From: Patescibacteria group bacterium
Lineage (GTDB): Bacteria > Patescibacteriota > Minisyncoccia > Phycocordibacterales > JBBTRF01
Assembly (NCBI GenBank): GCA_038065315.1
Contig: JBBTRF010000002.1
Coordinates: 12,021-76,020, forward strand
Reading direction: 5' to 3'
DNA length: 64,000 nt
Shown: one piece after another, positions 49,038 to 59,054 of the stretch
Layout: each line of letters opens with the position of its first letter
How positions within the stretch are numbered: position 1 is the first letter of the stretch
The notes under the pieces: generated by a model
Told to the model about the DNA's origin: nothing
Seen by the model: only the letters and a program-made list of their open reading frames with translations
Databases searched by the model: none
Program-made: the position numbers and the translations under genes

Positions 49038-49150
49038 CGAAAGAAGAAAGTGAAAGAAAAATACGAATAAAGAAAAACGCGCGGAGCTTGGGGGCTCCGC
49101 GCGTCTGCGTTGGTTGTCGAGTGACGATCGATGATGTGTCGCTCCTGGCG

Positions 49151-50236
49151 TCAACTCTCCTTCTCGTCTTTGTCCGTCGCGCGGCGCAACTTCTCGCGGA
49201 GGCCAGGGTAGCGTTTGAGCAATCCCGCAAGATCCCCTCCTTCTGGACCGGACAAGACACCTTCAAGCACAAGGACGTTTTCAGATCCAGACTCATCATC
49301 CTTGCTGCAGGCCACCAAGTGCCAACCGTCTCGGAGGGCAATCGAGTCACTGCGCTCATCGAGCGGATCCATGTGAGCGTCGCGCATCATGGCCCAGGCC
49401 AAGTTGCGGACGATCCGCTCTTGGCGTTCGAGAATTTTGTTCTCGCCCTGCATGCCGTTTTTCGCCCTTTCGAGCTCCCGCAAAAGGGCCTTGCCTTGTG
49501 TGGGGTTATCGGCCAGATTTTCGAGCACTTCAGCGAAGGCTCGGAGGGCTGCGGCTTGGCAGCGGAACGATTGGCACTTGAGTTTGTCGGCCAACCGCCA
49601 GAGCCCTTTGATGCGGCCATCGGTGATGACGGCGATCTTGTCGTCCCCAGATTCCACCTCGCAGCCGAGGTTGTCGTCATCCGGACCTGAACTGTCATCC
49701 GCACCAGACCGCATGAATTGGATGAGTTCGAACATGGTCATCCGGACCTGATGCTCAGGTTTCGTCACGAACGGGTCGGCTTCTGCTGCAGCAGCTGGTG
49801 ACAGGATCTGCCAGGACTCGTCCATGCCGAGGCTCTTGCATGTCGTCAATCCAGGCACTTCCCACCGCGCCATTTCAAAGAAGAGCTGATAAAGCACGTT
49901 GGCTTGATTGGCCCAGTGATCGAAAGAGCGTTGGAACTTTTGGCAATCAACTGTGGTGTGGGTAGCCTTGCCATGAATGGCTGCATGTTGAGCCTCCAGC
50001 TCGGCGAGCATCTCCTTCAGGCTGAAGCTAAGTGTCAGCAGGCCCTGGCTGAATGGCAGCTTGATCTGCCCCCTCGGAATCCAGTCATCACCAAACTTCG
50101 GGATTTTTGCGGGGAAGGGGAGCTGTGCGTTGCTGTCGAGGGCGGCTACATTTGCTAGGAGGCCCATTAAGGCTCCCTTGGTCATCGGACGGGTGGGTGT
50201 TGTCGTCATAGATGTGTCGATGTGCACTGCGTTCAC
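49151..50236 (-). CDS. hypothetical protein, no recognisable domain (GC-rich island)
   Basis: 361 aa, acidic, alpha-helical composition; long clean ORF with antisense frames closed. Confidence 0.4.
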   Translation of the reverse strand: MNAVHIDTSMTTTPTRPMTKGALMGLLANVAALDSNAQLPFPAKIPKFGDDWIPRGQIKLPFSQGLLTLSFSLKEMLAELEAQHAAIHGKATHTTVDCQKFQRSFDHWANQANVLYQLFFEMARWEVPGLTTCKSLGMDESWQILSPAAAAEADPFVTKPEHQVRMTMFELIQFMRSGADDSSGPDDDNLGCEVESGDDKIAVITDGRIKGLWRLADKLKCQSFRCQAAALRAFAEVLENLADNPTQGKALLRELERAKNGMQGENKILERQERIVRNLAWAMMRDAHMDPLDERSDSIALRDGWHLVACSKDDESGSENVLVLEGVLSGPEGGDLAGLLKRYPGLREKLRRATDKDEKES

Positions 50237-50347
50237 TGCCTGAATTGGCAGGGAGCAACGTTGTATTGTCCGCTCAACATACTACACATTTTCTACAAGC
50301 TGTCAATACTAGAAAGATGTTGCAAATACAGGGTACAATAGCGCTCT

Positions 50348-51973
50348 ATGGCCAAAAAATCGAACACTGCTTTGAGGTCGCAGATCACCCTCATCATCCT
50401 CGACGGCTGGGGTCATCGAGAGGATGCAGAGCACAATGCAATTGCCGCCGCGAAGACGCCGAATTTTACGCGTCTTTGGAAAAACTCGCCGCACGCACTG
50501 CTTCAGGCGAGCGGCGCACATGTTGGCTTGCCGGATGGCCAGATGGGAAATAGCGAGATCGGCCACACCACCATTGGCGCCGGCAAGGTGATCGACACTG
50601 AGCTTGTGCGCATCGGCAAGGCGATCCGCACAGGTGAATTCGACAACAATCCGGCCTTCCTCGCATTGTTTGATCATGTCAAAAAACATCGTTCGACGCT
50701 CCATGTGCAGGGCTTGCTTTCGGACGGCGGCGTACACAGCCACCAGGAGCACCTCTACGCTTTTCTGAAAGCCGCAAAAAAACACGGCGTCACACGTATT
50801 GCTATTCACGCCTTCACTGACGGTCGCGATACGGCGCCGCAGAGCGCGGCGAAATATTTGAAAGATCTTGAAAAAGTCCTCGCCGAGGTCGGTGTCGGCT
50901 TTATCGCCACTGTTTCTGGCCGCTTCTATGCGATGGACCGCGACAACAATTGGGACCGTCTCGCCAAAGCCGAGCAGGCGATGTTTGAATGCAAGGGCAA
51001 TGTCTGCACGGTGAGCAGCGACAAAACCGTATCGGCACACGTGGAGGCGCTGTACAAGCAGGGCAAGCTTGACGAGCATCTAGAGCCGATTGTGTGTATT
51101 GGTCTTGGTGTCGACGGGGCCGAGGTTGCAGGACCTGGCACGAATGGCTGTGCCATCCAGGACAACGACGCCGTGCTTTTCTTCAACTTCCGCGCCGACC
51201 GCGCCCGCATGCTGTCGCAGAAAATGCTCGAGAAGCAGGCGAAGAATAATGTGTGCTTTGCGACGTTCACCGAGTATTCGACTGAATTCAAGTGTCTCGT
51301 GGCGTTTCCGCCGGCGACCATCGAGACGACGCTCGCCGGCGAGATCTCTAAGGCCGGTCTGACCCAGGCGCACATTGCGGAAACAGAAAAATTCCCACAC
51401 GCCACCTACTTTTTGAATGGCGGCCGCGAGGAGCCGTATGCTGGCGAGCGACATATCATGCTCGCGAGCCGCAAGGATGTGCCGACACACGACCTCGCAC
51501 CAAAGATGCGCGCGGAGGCGATCGCCGACAAAGCGATCGAAGAAATCGCAGCAGGTACTGATTTTATTTTCATAAACTTCGCCAATCCCGACATGGTGGG
51601 GCATACAGCCAATGTCCCCGCGATCATTGAGGCAATAGAAGAGACCGACACGCAGCTTGGTCGGGTGATGGATGCGATCGTCGTTCGTGCTGCCAAGGCG
51701 GGCACTACGAATCTTGCGTTCATCACCGCCGATCACGGCAATGCGGAGGTGAATATCGACCCGATCACCGGCACCAAACACACTTCGCACACGCTCAGCC
51801 CGGTGCCGGCGATTTTGTCGGGCAGCGTGGCAAAGGAGGACGGGGCGGCTCAGAGCGTCGCCGCAACTTTGCCACAAATCCACAACGGTGGCCTCTCCGA
51901 TATTGCTCCGACCATCCTCGCGTTGCTACATCTTCCACAGCCTGCGACCATGACAGGAAAAAGTCTGTTATAA
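50348..51973 (+). CDS. gpmI: 2,3-bisphosphoglycerate-independent phosphoglycerate mutase
   Basis: ILDGWG, GNSEIGH, ADHGNAE metal-site motifs. Confidence 0.85.
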   Translation: MAKKSNTALRSQITLIILDGWGHREDAEHNAIAAAKTPNFTRLWKNSPHALLQASGAHVGLPDGQMGNSEIGHTTIGAGKVIDTELVRIGKAIRTGEFDNNPAFLALFDHVKKHRSTLHVQGLLSDGGVHSHQEHLYAFLKAAKKHGVTRIAIHAFTDGRDTAPQSAAKYLKDLEKVLAEVGVGFIATVSGRFYAMDRDNNWDRLAKAEQAMFECKGNVCTVSSDKTVSAHVEALYKQGKLDEHLEPIVCIGLGVDGAEVAGPGTNGCAIQDNDAVLFFNFRADRARMLSQKMLEKQAKNNVCFATFTEYSTEFKCLVAFPPATIETTLAGEISKAGLTQAHIAETEKFPHATYFLNGGREEPYAGERHIMLASRKDVPTHDLAPKMRAEAIADKAIEEIAAGTDFIFINFANPDMVGHTANVPAIIEAIEETDTQLGRVMDAIVVRAAKAGTTNLAFITADHGNAEVNIDPITGTKHTSHTLSPVPAILSGSVAKEDGAAQSVAATLPQIHNGGLSDIAPTILALLHLPQPATMTGKSLL

Positions 51974-51980
51974 TCTGTAC

Positions 51981-53036
51981 ATGTCGATACAAGTGCCGAA
52001 TCGTCTGCAGCTTAATTTCTTTTACGTTTTTCTCTTTGTCATTTCGGTTACGTGTGTGTTGATTTTCTTGCCGTACGTGAGCGCGCTTTTCTTGGCACTT
52101 GTGCTGTCGGTCATCTTTAACCCGCTCTATCAGCGAATTCACAAGTACACCTTCAAGACAAATAGCCTGGCCTCATTTATCACGGTACTCATCGTGTCGG
52201 TGCTCATCTTGGTACCGCTCGGCTTCTTGGTGTATTTCCTTTTTCAAGAAGTGAAGGCCGTCTACGGATACTTCACCGACGGTGGTGGCAGTGTGGTGTG
52301 GGCAGACTATCTTGGTCGCGGACAAATGTTTCTCGGGAATATTTTGCCGGACAATTTGGTGCCAGAGACTACTATCGGCGACTTGGAAAATTACCTCAAC
52401 AATTTCTATCAATGGGTCGGAGCTCATTTTCAGACGATTTTCAACAACGCCGTGAGTGTCGCCGGCAACCTCTTTGTCTTTATTCTCGCTCTGTATTTCT
52501 TCTTCCGCGATGGCGATAAATTCAGAAAGATGATCCTCCGTTTGTCGCCGCTCAACGACAAGCACGATGAGACGATTTTGAAAAAAATGGCGGTTTCGGT
52601 CAACTCGGTGGTGAAGGGGTCACTCCTAGTAGCGGTGCTGCAGGGCCTGCTCACCAGCCTCGGTTTCTGGATGTTTGGCGTGCCATCGCCGGTGCTGTGG
52701 GGTATGGTGACCGTACTCGTTTCTTTGGTCCCGGGCGTTGGTACGGCGATCACTATTATTCCCGCTGCCTTGTTCATTGCGCTATCCGAAGGGATGCTGC
52801 CCGCAGCCGGCCTTTTGGCCTGGGGGGTGCTCATTGTCGGTACGATGGACAATTTCCTCCGACCGCTCATTATCGAGCGCGGTATTCCGATCCATCCGTT
52901 TCTCATCTTGCTCTCGGTGTTTGGCGGTCTCGGTCTTTTCGGGGCGATCGGCTTCCTTGTTGGTCCGATCATTCTCAGCTTGCTTTTCGTACTCATGGAG
53001 ATTTATTCGGACGTGGTGTCGCCAAAGGAAAGCTAG
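51981..53036 (+). CDS. AI-2E family transporter (UPF0118/PerM)
   Basis: 351 aa, 8 TM, characteristic GxxxPxxG-rich C-terminal helices. Confidence 0.7.
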   Translation: MSIQVPNRLQLNFFYVFLFVISVTCVLIFLPYVSALFLALVLSVIFNPLYQRIHKYTFKTNSLASFITVLIVSVLILVPLGFLVYFLFQEVKAVYGYFTDGGGSVVWADYLGRGQMFLGNILPDNLVPETTIGDLENYLNNFYQWVGAHFQTIFNNAVSVAGNLFVFILALYFFFRDGDKFRKMILRLSPLNDKHDETILKKMAVSVNSVVKGSLLVAVLQGLLTSLGFWMFGVPSPVLWGMVTVLVSLVPGVGTAITIIPAALFIALSEGMLPAAGLLAWGVLIVGTMDNFLRPLIIERGIPIHPFLILLSVFGGLGLFGAIGFLVGPIILSLLFVLMEIYSDVVSPKES

Positions 53037-53074
53037 CTGGACGGACCCCATGCTCAGTGTGTTATATTGAGTAG

Positions 53075-53983
53075 ATGAAATGGTTTCAAACAACTCGCAT
53101 TGTCACACATAGTGGCAGCTTTCATCCCGACGATTTATTGGCGGTCGCTACACTTCGTGCTGTGCTGAAAAAGCGTGGCGTGAGCCGTGTGAAATTGGTA
53201 CGTACCCGCGAACAATCGGAAATTGCGAAGGCGGATTTTGTCGTGGATGTTGGTGGGGAATATGATCCGTCGCACAATCGTTTCGATCACCATCAGGCGG
53301 CCGGTGCTGGTGCTCGTGCAAACGGTATTCCGTACGCTTCTTTTGGTTTGGTGTGGAAAGCTTTTGGTGTTGAGCTGTGCGGTTCGGAAAAAGTTGCCGC
53401 AGTCATTGACGGTGAATTGGTGCAGGTGGTGGATGCGATCGACAATGGTGTGGAGATTTGCTCTTCGGTCATTGGCGACGTGCACCCATACACCTTCGGT
53501 CACGCACTTTCATCTTTTTTGCCGAGCTGGAAAGAGCTCGCGGATACGAAGGTGACCGCCGACACGGCTTTTGCTAAGGCGCTCGTGTTTGCCGAGGCAG
53601 TGCTGACGCGTGAGATTGCACGTGCGAAAGATGCCGAAGAAGGTCGTGCGAATGTTGAAAAAGCGTATCGTGATGCCGAAGACAAGCGCGTCGTCGTACT
53701 TGATCAATCATATGTATGGGGCGACGTGCTTCGAGTGTATCCAGAACCGCTCTACGTGATCTATCCGCAAGGCGCCGACAAATGGCATGTGAAAGCCGTT
53801 CGAAATGATCCGAATTCGTTCAAAAATCGCCGGGATCTCCCGACGACATGGGCAGGGAAGCGTGATGCCGAATTCGCTCAGTTGACCGGCGTCGCCGACG
53901 CGCTCTTTTGCCACAAAAATCTCTTCTTGGCAGTGGCGGGGTCGCTGGAAGGGGCCAAAAAGCTGGCAAAACTGGCCATTTAA
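53075..53983 (+). CDS. MYG1/UPF0160 family metal-dependent hydrolase
   Basis: N-terminal THSGSFHPDDLLAVATL and DHHQ motifs. Confidence 0.6.
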   Translation: MKWFQTTRIVTHSGSFHPDDLLAVATLRAVLKKRGVSRVKLVRTREQSEIAKADFVVDVGGEYDPSHNRFDHHQAAGAGARANGIPYASFGLVWKAFGVELCGSEKVAAVIDGELVQVVDAIDNGVEICSSVIGDVHPYTFGHALSSFLPSWKELADTKVTADTAFAKALVFAEAVLTREIARAKDAEEGRANVEKAYRDAEDKRVVVLDQSYVWGDVLRVYPEPLYVIYPQGADKWHVKAVRNDPNSFKNRRDLPTTWAGKRDAEFAQLTGVADALFCHKNLFLAVAGSLEGAKKLAKLAI

Positions 53984-53989
53984 GCGTTT

Positions 53990-55045
53990 TTGACGTATAG
54001 TGTTGAAACTATGGCCTTTATAGACGATATTGTCATCCATTTGAAGGCCGGCGACGGCGGTCACGGCGTAGTGCGTTGGCGTGCGGAAAAGGGTAAGCCA
54101 AAGGCCGGTGCGGCAGGCGGCAACGGTGGTCATGGCGGCTCGGTGTTTTTGCATGCGATTCGCGATATCGGCGTGCTGGTTCGCTATGCCACCGAGAAGA
54201 AATTTTCTGCTGAAAACGGCCTTTCTGGCATGAAAAAGAGTATGGATGGTCGTGGTGGCAAGGACCTCCACCTTGATATTCCTCTCGGTTCGATTGTCAC
54301 CAATATGACGACCGGCGACGTGTATCAATTTCTGAAAGATGGCGAGGAGATCTGTGTACTCGATGGTGGCCGCGGCGGCTTGGGCAACGAATATTTCAAA
54401 TCATCGACCAACGTCACGCCGCTCCAGCAGACCGACGGCAAAAAGGGGCAGGAGGCGGATTTTCATATCGAATTGCAGCTCATTGTGGACGCTGGATTTG
54501 CCGGGTTTCCGAATGCCGGCAAATCCAGCCTGTTGAACGCGCTCACGAATGCTCGCGCGAAAGTGGCGAGCTATCAGTTCACCACACTAGAACCAAACCT
54601 CGGCGATTTCTACGGCTTTATTTTGGCGGACATTCCAGGACTCATCGAGGGTGCCTCTGAAGGCAAGGGTCTCGGACACAAATTTTTGCGACACATCGCC
54701 CGCACCAAGCTCGTGTTCCATTGCATCTCACTTGAGAATGAAGATATTATGAAGGCGTACAAAACCATTCGCGGCGAGCTCGAGGCATACAGTCCTGAGT
54801 TGGCTGAGAAAAAAGAAATTATTATTTTGACCAAGACCGACGTGCTCACTCCTGAGCAGGTGGACGCTGCGGTGAAAAAGATGAAAAAGCTCAAGAAGGA
54901 TGTGCTCACAGTGACCATTGCCGATGATGCTTCGGTGAAGACGTTTGCCGACAAGCTCGTGGCGATTTTGCGTGCTGAAGAAAAGGCGTTTGCTACTGCG
55001 GCAGAAAAAGCCGCGCTCGAAAGTGAAGGCGAGTTCAAGTTATAG
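53990..55045 (+). CDS. obg: GTPase Obg/CgtA
   Basis: Gly-rich Obg fold N-domain (GGNGGHGGSV), G1 GFPNAGKSS, G3 DIPG, G4 TKTD. Confidence 0.85.
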   Translation: MTYSVETMAFIDDIVIHLKAGDGGHGVVRWRAEKGKPKAGAAGGNGGHGGSVFLHAIRDIGVLVRYATEKKFSAENGLSGMKKSMDGRGGKDLHLDIPLGSIVTNMTTGDVYQFLKDGEEICVLDGGRGGLGNEYFKSSTNVTPLQQTDGKKGQEADFHIELQLIVDAGFAGFPNAGKSSLLNALTNARAKVASYQFTTLEPNLGDFYGFILADIPGLIEGASEGKGLGHKFLRHIARTKLVFHCISLENEDIMKAYKTIRGELEAYSPELAEKKEIIILTKTDVLTPEQVDAAVKKMKKLKKDVLTVTIADDASVKTFADKLVAILRAEEKAFATAAEKAALESEGEFKL

Positions 55046-55144
55046 GGCTAAAATAGGGCTCTAAATATGGTTATACACAGCTGGCTTGCTATACTGGGTA
55101 TATTCGTGTATTATTGGGTATAGTTGGTATATAACCAATCACGT

Positions 55145-56215
55145 ATGGAAGAAAATCGCCTCAACAAAAGAATACCACTGTCGCAAGACATCCTGGCTAG
55201 AATTTCTAAAATAGACCAATTCCAGGGTCTTTGGCAGGGCAGTCTTCGTCTTAGCCCGCAGATCCTCGGGCGTCTTAAGGCGTTCGTGATTATCACCTCA
55301 ACAGGTGCCTCGACTCGTATCGAGGGAGCTAAAATGACGGACGAAGAAATCGCTCGCTTTTTGCGCGGTCTTAAAAATCAACCTCCAAAAGGTCGCGATC
55401 AGGAAGAAGTGGCCGGTTATGCCGATCTCATCGCTCGTGTTTTTGATAATTGGAAAACCATCAAGCTCACTGAGGGTTGGATACAGCAATTCCACACCAT
55501 CCTTCTCCAGTTCTCAGAGAAAGACAAAATGCATAAGGGCAAATACAAAGATGGCGACAATACAGTCGTAATGGAGAACGACAAAAAGGAAAATGTTGTG
55601 CTATTTAATCCTACTCATTCGTATCTCGTAAAAGCAGAAATGCTCGCGGCAACCGAGTGGGCAAATGGGCAACTTCAAAGTCGCCAAATCCACCCAATCT
55701 TAGTGATCGCAAATTTCATCTTTGAATTTTTGGCTATTCACCCATTCTCGGATGGTAACGGGCGAGTCAGCCGCGCTCTCACCAATCTTCTGCTCCTTCA
55801 GGCGGGATACAGTTATGTGCCGTATGTATCGCTCGACGAGATCATCGAGCAGACTAAGGTTGATTATTATCTCGCGTTACGCGCAACACAAAAGAACCAT
55901 GGAACTGACCGTGAAGATGTTGCGCCGTGGGTCGACTATTTCCTCACCGCTCTCACCGAACAGACCGAGCGAGCTCGCAAGATCGTGAGCGATGATCAGC
56001 CAGAAAAACTTCTCTCTGAAAAACAAAAAGAGGTCTATCAACTATTCACCGAAGATACAGAAAAGGGCAAGGAAATAGGGGTAGCTGAAATGGTCAGGCT
56101 TCTTAACGGCAGAATTGAAAGAGAAACTATCAAGCAGGCATTGTCCCGCTTGGTGAAATTGAAGCTCCTTGAACGGGTCGGACAAGGGAGGGGGACGCGA
56201 TACGTAAAAATCTAA
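55145..56215 (+). CDS. Fic/DOC family protein (class II, N-terminal inhibitory helix) with C-terminal wHTH
   Basis: HPFSDGNGRVSRAL Fic motif; N-terminal STRIEG matches [ST]xxxE[GN] auto-inhibition motif. Confidence 0.75.
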   Translation: MEENRLNKRIPLSQDILARISKIDQFQGLWQGSLRLSPQILGRLKAFVIITSTGASTRIEGAKMTDEEIARFLRGLKNQPPKGRDQEEVAGYADLIARVFDNWKTIKLTEGWIQQFHTILLQFSEKDKMHKGKYKDGDNTVVMENDKKENVVLFNPTHSYLVKAEMLAATEWANGQLQSRQIHPILVIANFIFEFLAIHPFSDGNGRVSRALTNLLLLQAGYSYVPYVSLDEIIEQTKVDYYLALRATQKNHGTDREDVAPWVDYFLTALTEQTERARKIVSDDQPEKLLSEKQKEVYQLFTEDTEKGKEIGVAEMVRLLNGRIERETIKQALSRLVKLKLLERVGQGRGTRYVKI

Positions 56216-56263
56216 GAGTGATCAAGAAAGGCGAAATTATCAGAGATATGAGAGAATAGTGGT

Positions 56264-57784
56264 ATGACGAAGTATATTCCCACAATCGGCTTGGAGATAC
56301 ATGCAGAGCTCGCGACTCGGACGAAGATGTTTTGTGCCTGCGCGAACAATACCGACGAAAAAATACCAAATACGAATGTCTGCCCGGTGTGCATGGGACA
56401 TCCAGGGACTTTGCCAGTGATCAACAAGCAGGCCGTGAAGCTCGTGCTCAAAATGGGTGCGGCGGCTGGTGGCAAGCTCGCGGATTTTACCGAATTTGAC
56501 CGCAAGAATTATTTTTATCCCGACATTCCGAAGGGGTATCAGATCAGCCAATACAAATATCCGCTCGTGCAGGGTGGGGAGATTGATGGTGTGGCATTGA
56601 CCCGTATTCATCTTGAGGAAGATACGGCGAAGTCGACTCACGACACTGGTGCGGACAGTTTGGTGGATTTCAATCGTGCCGGCCTGCCGCTCATGGAATT
56701 GGTCACGGAACCGGTGATCCATGATGCGCAGACCGCTTCTCGTTTCGCGAAAGAATTGCAGCTCCTCCTCCAGAGCCTCGGTGCTGGCGAAGCCAACATG
56801 GAGAAAGGCGAGATGCGTGTGGAAGCGAATATCTCCATTGCTCCAGAGGGTGCGACCAAATTCGGCACGAAAGTGGAGGTGAAAAATCTCAACTCGTTTC
56901 GAGCAGTGGAGCGTGCTATCGCGTACGAAATCGCGAGACATACGAAGATCCTTGATGCAGCCGAGCGCGCAAAGAGCGAGGGTGGCGCGGCGTCTGTCTC
57001 GGCTACTGCAGAAAAGATCGTCCAAGAAACCCGTGGTTGGGACGAAAAAACGCAGTCGACATTTTCCCAGCGCGCCAAGGAGGATTCTCACGATTATCGT
57101 TATTTCCCTGACCCAGACCTACCGAAGCTGTACATCAGCGAGATCTCAGAATTTTCTCTCGCGACCCTCAAGGCTGAGTTGCCGGAATTGCCGTGGCAAA
57201 AGCGCGAGCGGTATCAAAAGGTGTACGGTCTCACGCCAAAAGAGGCAGAGATGCTGGTCGGCAGTCCAGAGGTCGGCGCGTATTTTGAAGCGATCTTGGC
57301 CGGCTTGGCTGCCAATGGCACGGCCACGTCGGGTGCGGTTGATCCAAAGAGCGTGAAGCTTGCGGCGAACTATCTTCTTTCCGACTACATCGGCTTGCTT
57401 AAGGCGGCCGCAGTGGAGGGTGAAATCTCGGTCGAAATGTTGGCAAAGATTGCGCCGACCGCTTTCTCCGAGCTGCTGCAAATGATCGCCAATGGAAAGC
57501 TTTCTTCACGCGCGGCAAAAGATATTATTGCCATCATGTATGCCGAAGGCGGTACTCCGCAGGTGATCGCCGATGCACGCGGCCTTATCCAGAAAAATGA
57601 CGAAGGCGAGCTCAAAAAAATCATGGCGGAAGTCATCGCTCAAAATGCCAAAGCCGTCGCCGATTATCGAGCTGGCAAAGCCGCGGCTCTGCAGTCTTTG
57701 GTGGGGCAGGGTATGAAGGCGACAAAAGGCGGCGCGAATCCTGAGATCCTGAAGAAAATAACTCTCGAATTACTCGGCGCCTAG
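56264..57784 (+). CDS. gatB: aspartyl/glutamyl-tRNA(Asn/Gln) amidotransferase subunit B
   Basis: IGLEIHAEL, CPVCMGHPGTLP, YqeY-like C-terminal domain. Confidence 0.9.
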   Translation: MTKYIPTIGLEIHAELATRTKMFCACANNTDEKIPNTNVCPVCMGHPGTLPVINKQAVKLVLKMGAAAGGKLADFTEFDRKNYFYPDIPKGYQISQYKYPLVQGGEIDGVALTRIHLEEDTAKSTHDTGADSLVDFNRAGLPLMELVTEPVIHDAQTASRFAKELQLLLQSLGAGEANMEKGEMRVEANISIAPEGATKFGTKVEVKNLNSFRAVERAIAYEIARHTKILDAAERAKSEGGAASVSATAEKIVQETRGWDEKTQSTFSQRAKEDSHDYRYFPDPDLPKLYISEISEFSLATLKAELPELPWQKRERYQKVYGLTPKEAEMLVGSPEVGAYFEAILAGLAANGTATSGAVDPKSVKLAANYLLSDYIGLLKAAAVEGEISVEMLAKIAPTAFSELLQMIANGKLSSRAAKDIIAIMYAEGGTPQVIADARGLIQKNDEGELKKIMAEVIAQNAKAVADYRAGKAAALQSLVGQGMKATKGGANPEILKKITLELLGA

Positions 57785-57826
57785 AGTACGACTTATCCCC
57801 ACATTTTGGCCTAAATAAAAGGCGAT

Positions 57827-58339
57827 TTGCGATATAATGACACTAATCAGCATTTAGCCTTTATATCATCCATGACCAGCAAATTCAGCCATTTTGCAGC
57901 AGTCGGACTCCTCGTGGCAGCGGGCTATTCGCTCTCACTCGGTGTCGATGGACGTCAGCAGATAGTCGCGATGTCTGAGGTGGTTGCAGATGTTGCTTCA
58001 GGCGCTGTTGGGCAAGTTGCCGACGTTTCCAAAGACGTCTTGGCCACGGCGAAGCATCTTTCGTTCGCCAACATCTACAACGCCTTCGGTATACTCACCG
58101 GTGCGGTAGAGAATGTTGAAGTGGAGCGATCCGCCGCAGCTGTCTCGCAGGTGTTGGTGGTGACAGAGGCAGACGCCGCTTTATCCGACGAAGAGCAACA
58201 AGCTCTCATTCAAGATTCATTTTCTGATACCGTGAAGGTGGTGCCGGATGCTACAAAAAAATCCGGGACGATTATCCCGGTGTTCCGAGGGGTTGAAGGT
58301 GAAAAGTATTTGTATGTCGCGGTGCCAGTGAAGAAGTAG
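57827..58339 (+). CDS. hypothetical secreted/membrane-anchored protein
   Basis: 170 aa, N-terminal hydrophobic segment; no homology. Confidence 0.3.
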   Translation: MRYNDTNQHLAFISSMTSKFSHFAAVGLLVAAGYSLSLGVDGRQQIVAMSEVVADVASGAVGQVADVSKDVLATAKHLSFANIYNAFGILTGAVENVEVERSAAAVSQVLVVTEADAALSDEEQQALIQDSFSDTVKVVPDATKKSGTIIPVFRGVEGEKYLYVAVPVKK

Positions 58340-58365
58340 GAGGTTTTATTCCACGAAAACATTTA

Positions 58366-59049
58366 ATGATCAAAACATCAACACAGACAATCACAGCTCT
58401 CTCCAGAACGCTAGCACTTGCGCTCATCGGTAGCTTGCTCGCACTTGCGCTATTTCCGGCGATCGAACCATCATTCCTCGTCGCCGCTACGGCAACGGAT
58501 GAAGTCGTGGTGACGTTGAATGTGGGTGCCGGTATCTCGATCACTTCGCCGGCCGACGCCACGATGAGCACCACTATCGGCATCTCGACGACAAAAGCCA
58601 TCGCCACTACGACGTGGAATGTGAAGACCAACAATGCTGCCGGCTATACATTGGCTCTGAAATCCGCTACGTCTTCGACCCCGGCCATGAAGCAAGATTC
58701 CGACAACACCAAGGTCATCGCGGATAACACCGCCGGTGTCACCACGCCAGCTTTGTGGGGTAGTATGGGTGCAAACACTGCTGAATTCGGCTATAGCGGT
58801 TACGGTACGGATGTCACTACGGCAACATATGGCTCGGATAGTAGTTGTGGTGCAACGAGTACACCATCTACGGCTCTGAAATACACATCTTTGCGCACTA
58901 CCGACCGCACATTGGCTTCGCGTTCTTCCACCACGACAGCCGCTGGTGTAGATACTGTCGCCTGCTATGCAGTCGAACAAGGCAGCAACTTCTTCATCGC
59001 TTCCGGAACGTATACCGCCACCGTCACTGCGACTGCTACCACACAATAA
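58366..59049 (+). CDS. WxL-domain-like secreted surface protein (CscB/C-like)
   Basis: signal peptide; Thr/Ser/Ala-rich beta protein with TTWNVKT and C-terminal ...ATVTATATTQ; paralogous to 60058-60813. Confidence 0.45.
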   Translation: MIKTSTQTITALSRTLALALIGSLLALALFPAIEPSFLVAATATDEVVVTLNVGAGISITSPADATMSTTIGISTTKAIATTTWNVKTNNAAGYTLALKSATSSTPAMKQDSDNTKVIADNTAGVTTPALWGSMGANTAEFGYSGYGTDVTTATYGSDSSCGATSTPSTALKYTSLRTTDRTLASRSSTTTAAGVDTVACYAVEQGSNFFIASGTYTATVTATATTQ

Positions 59050-59054
59050 ACACC

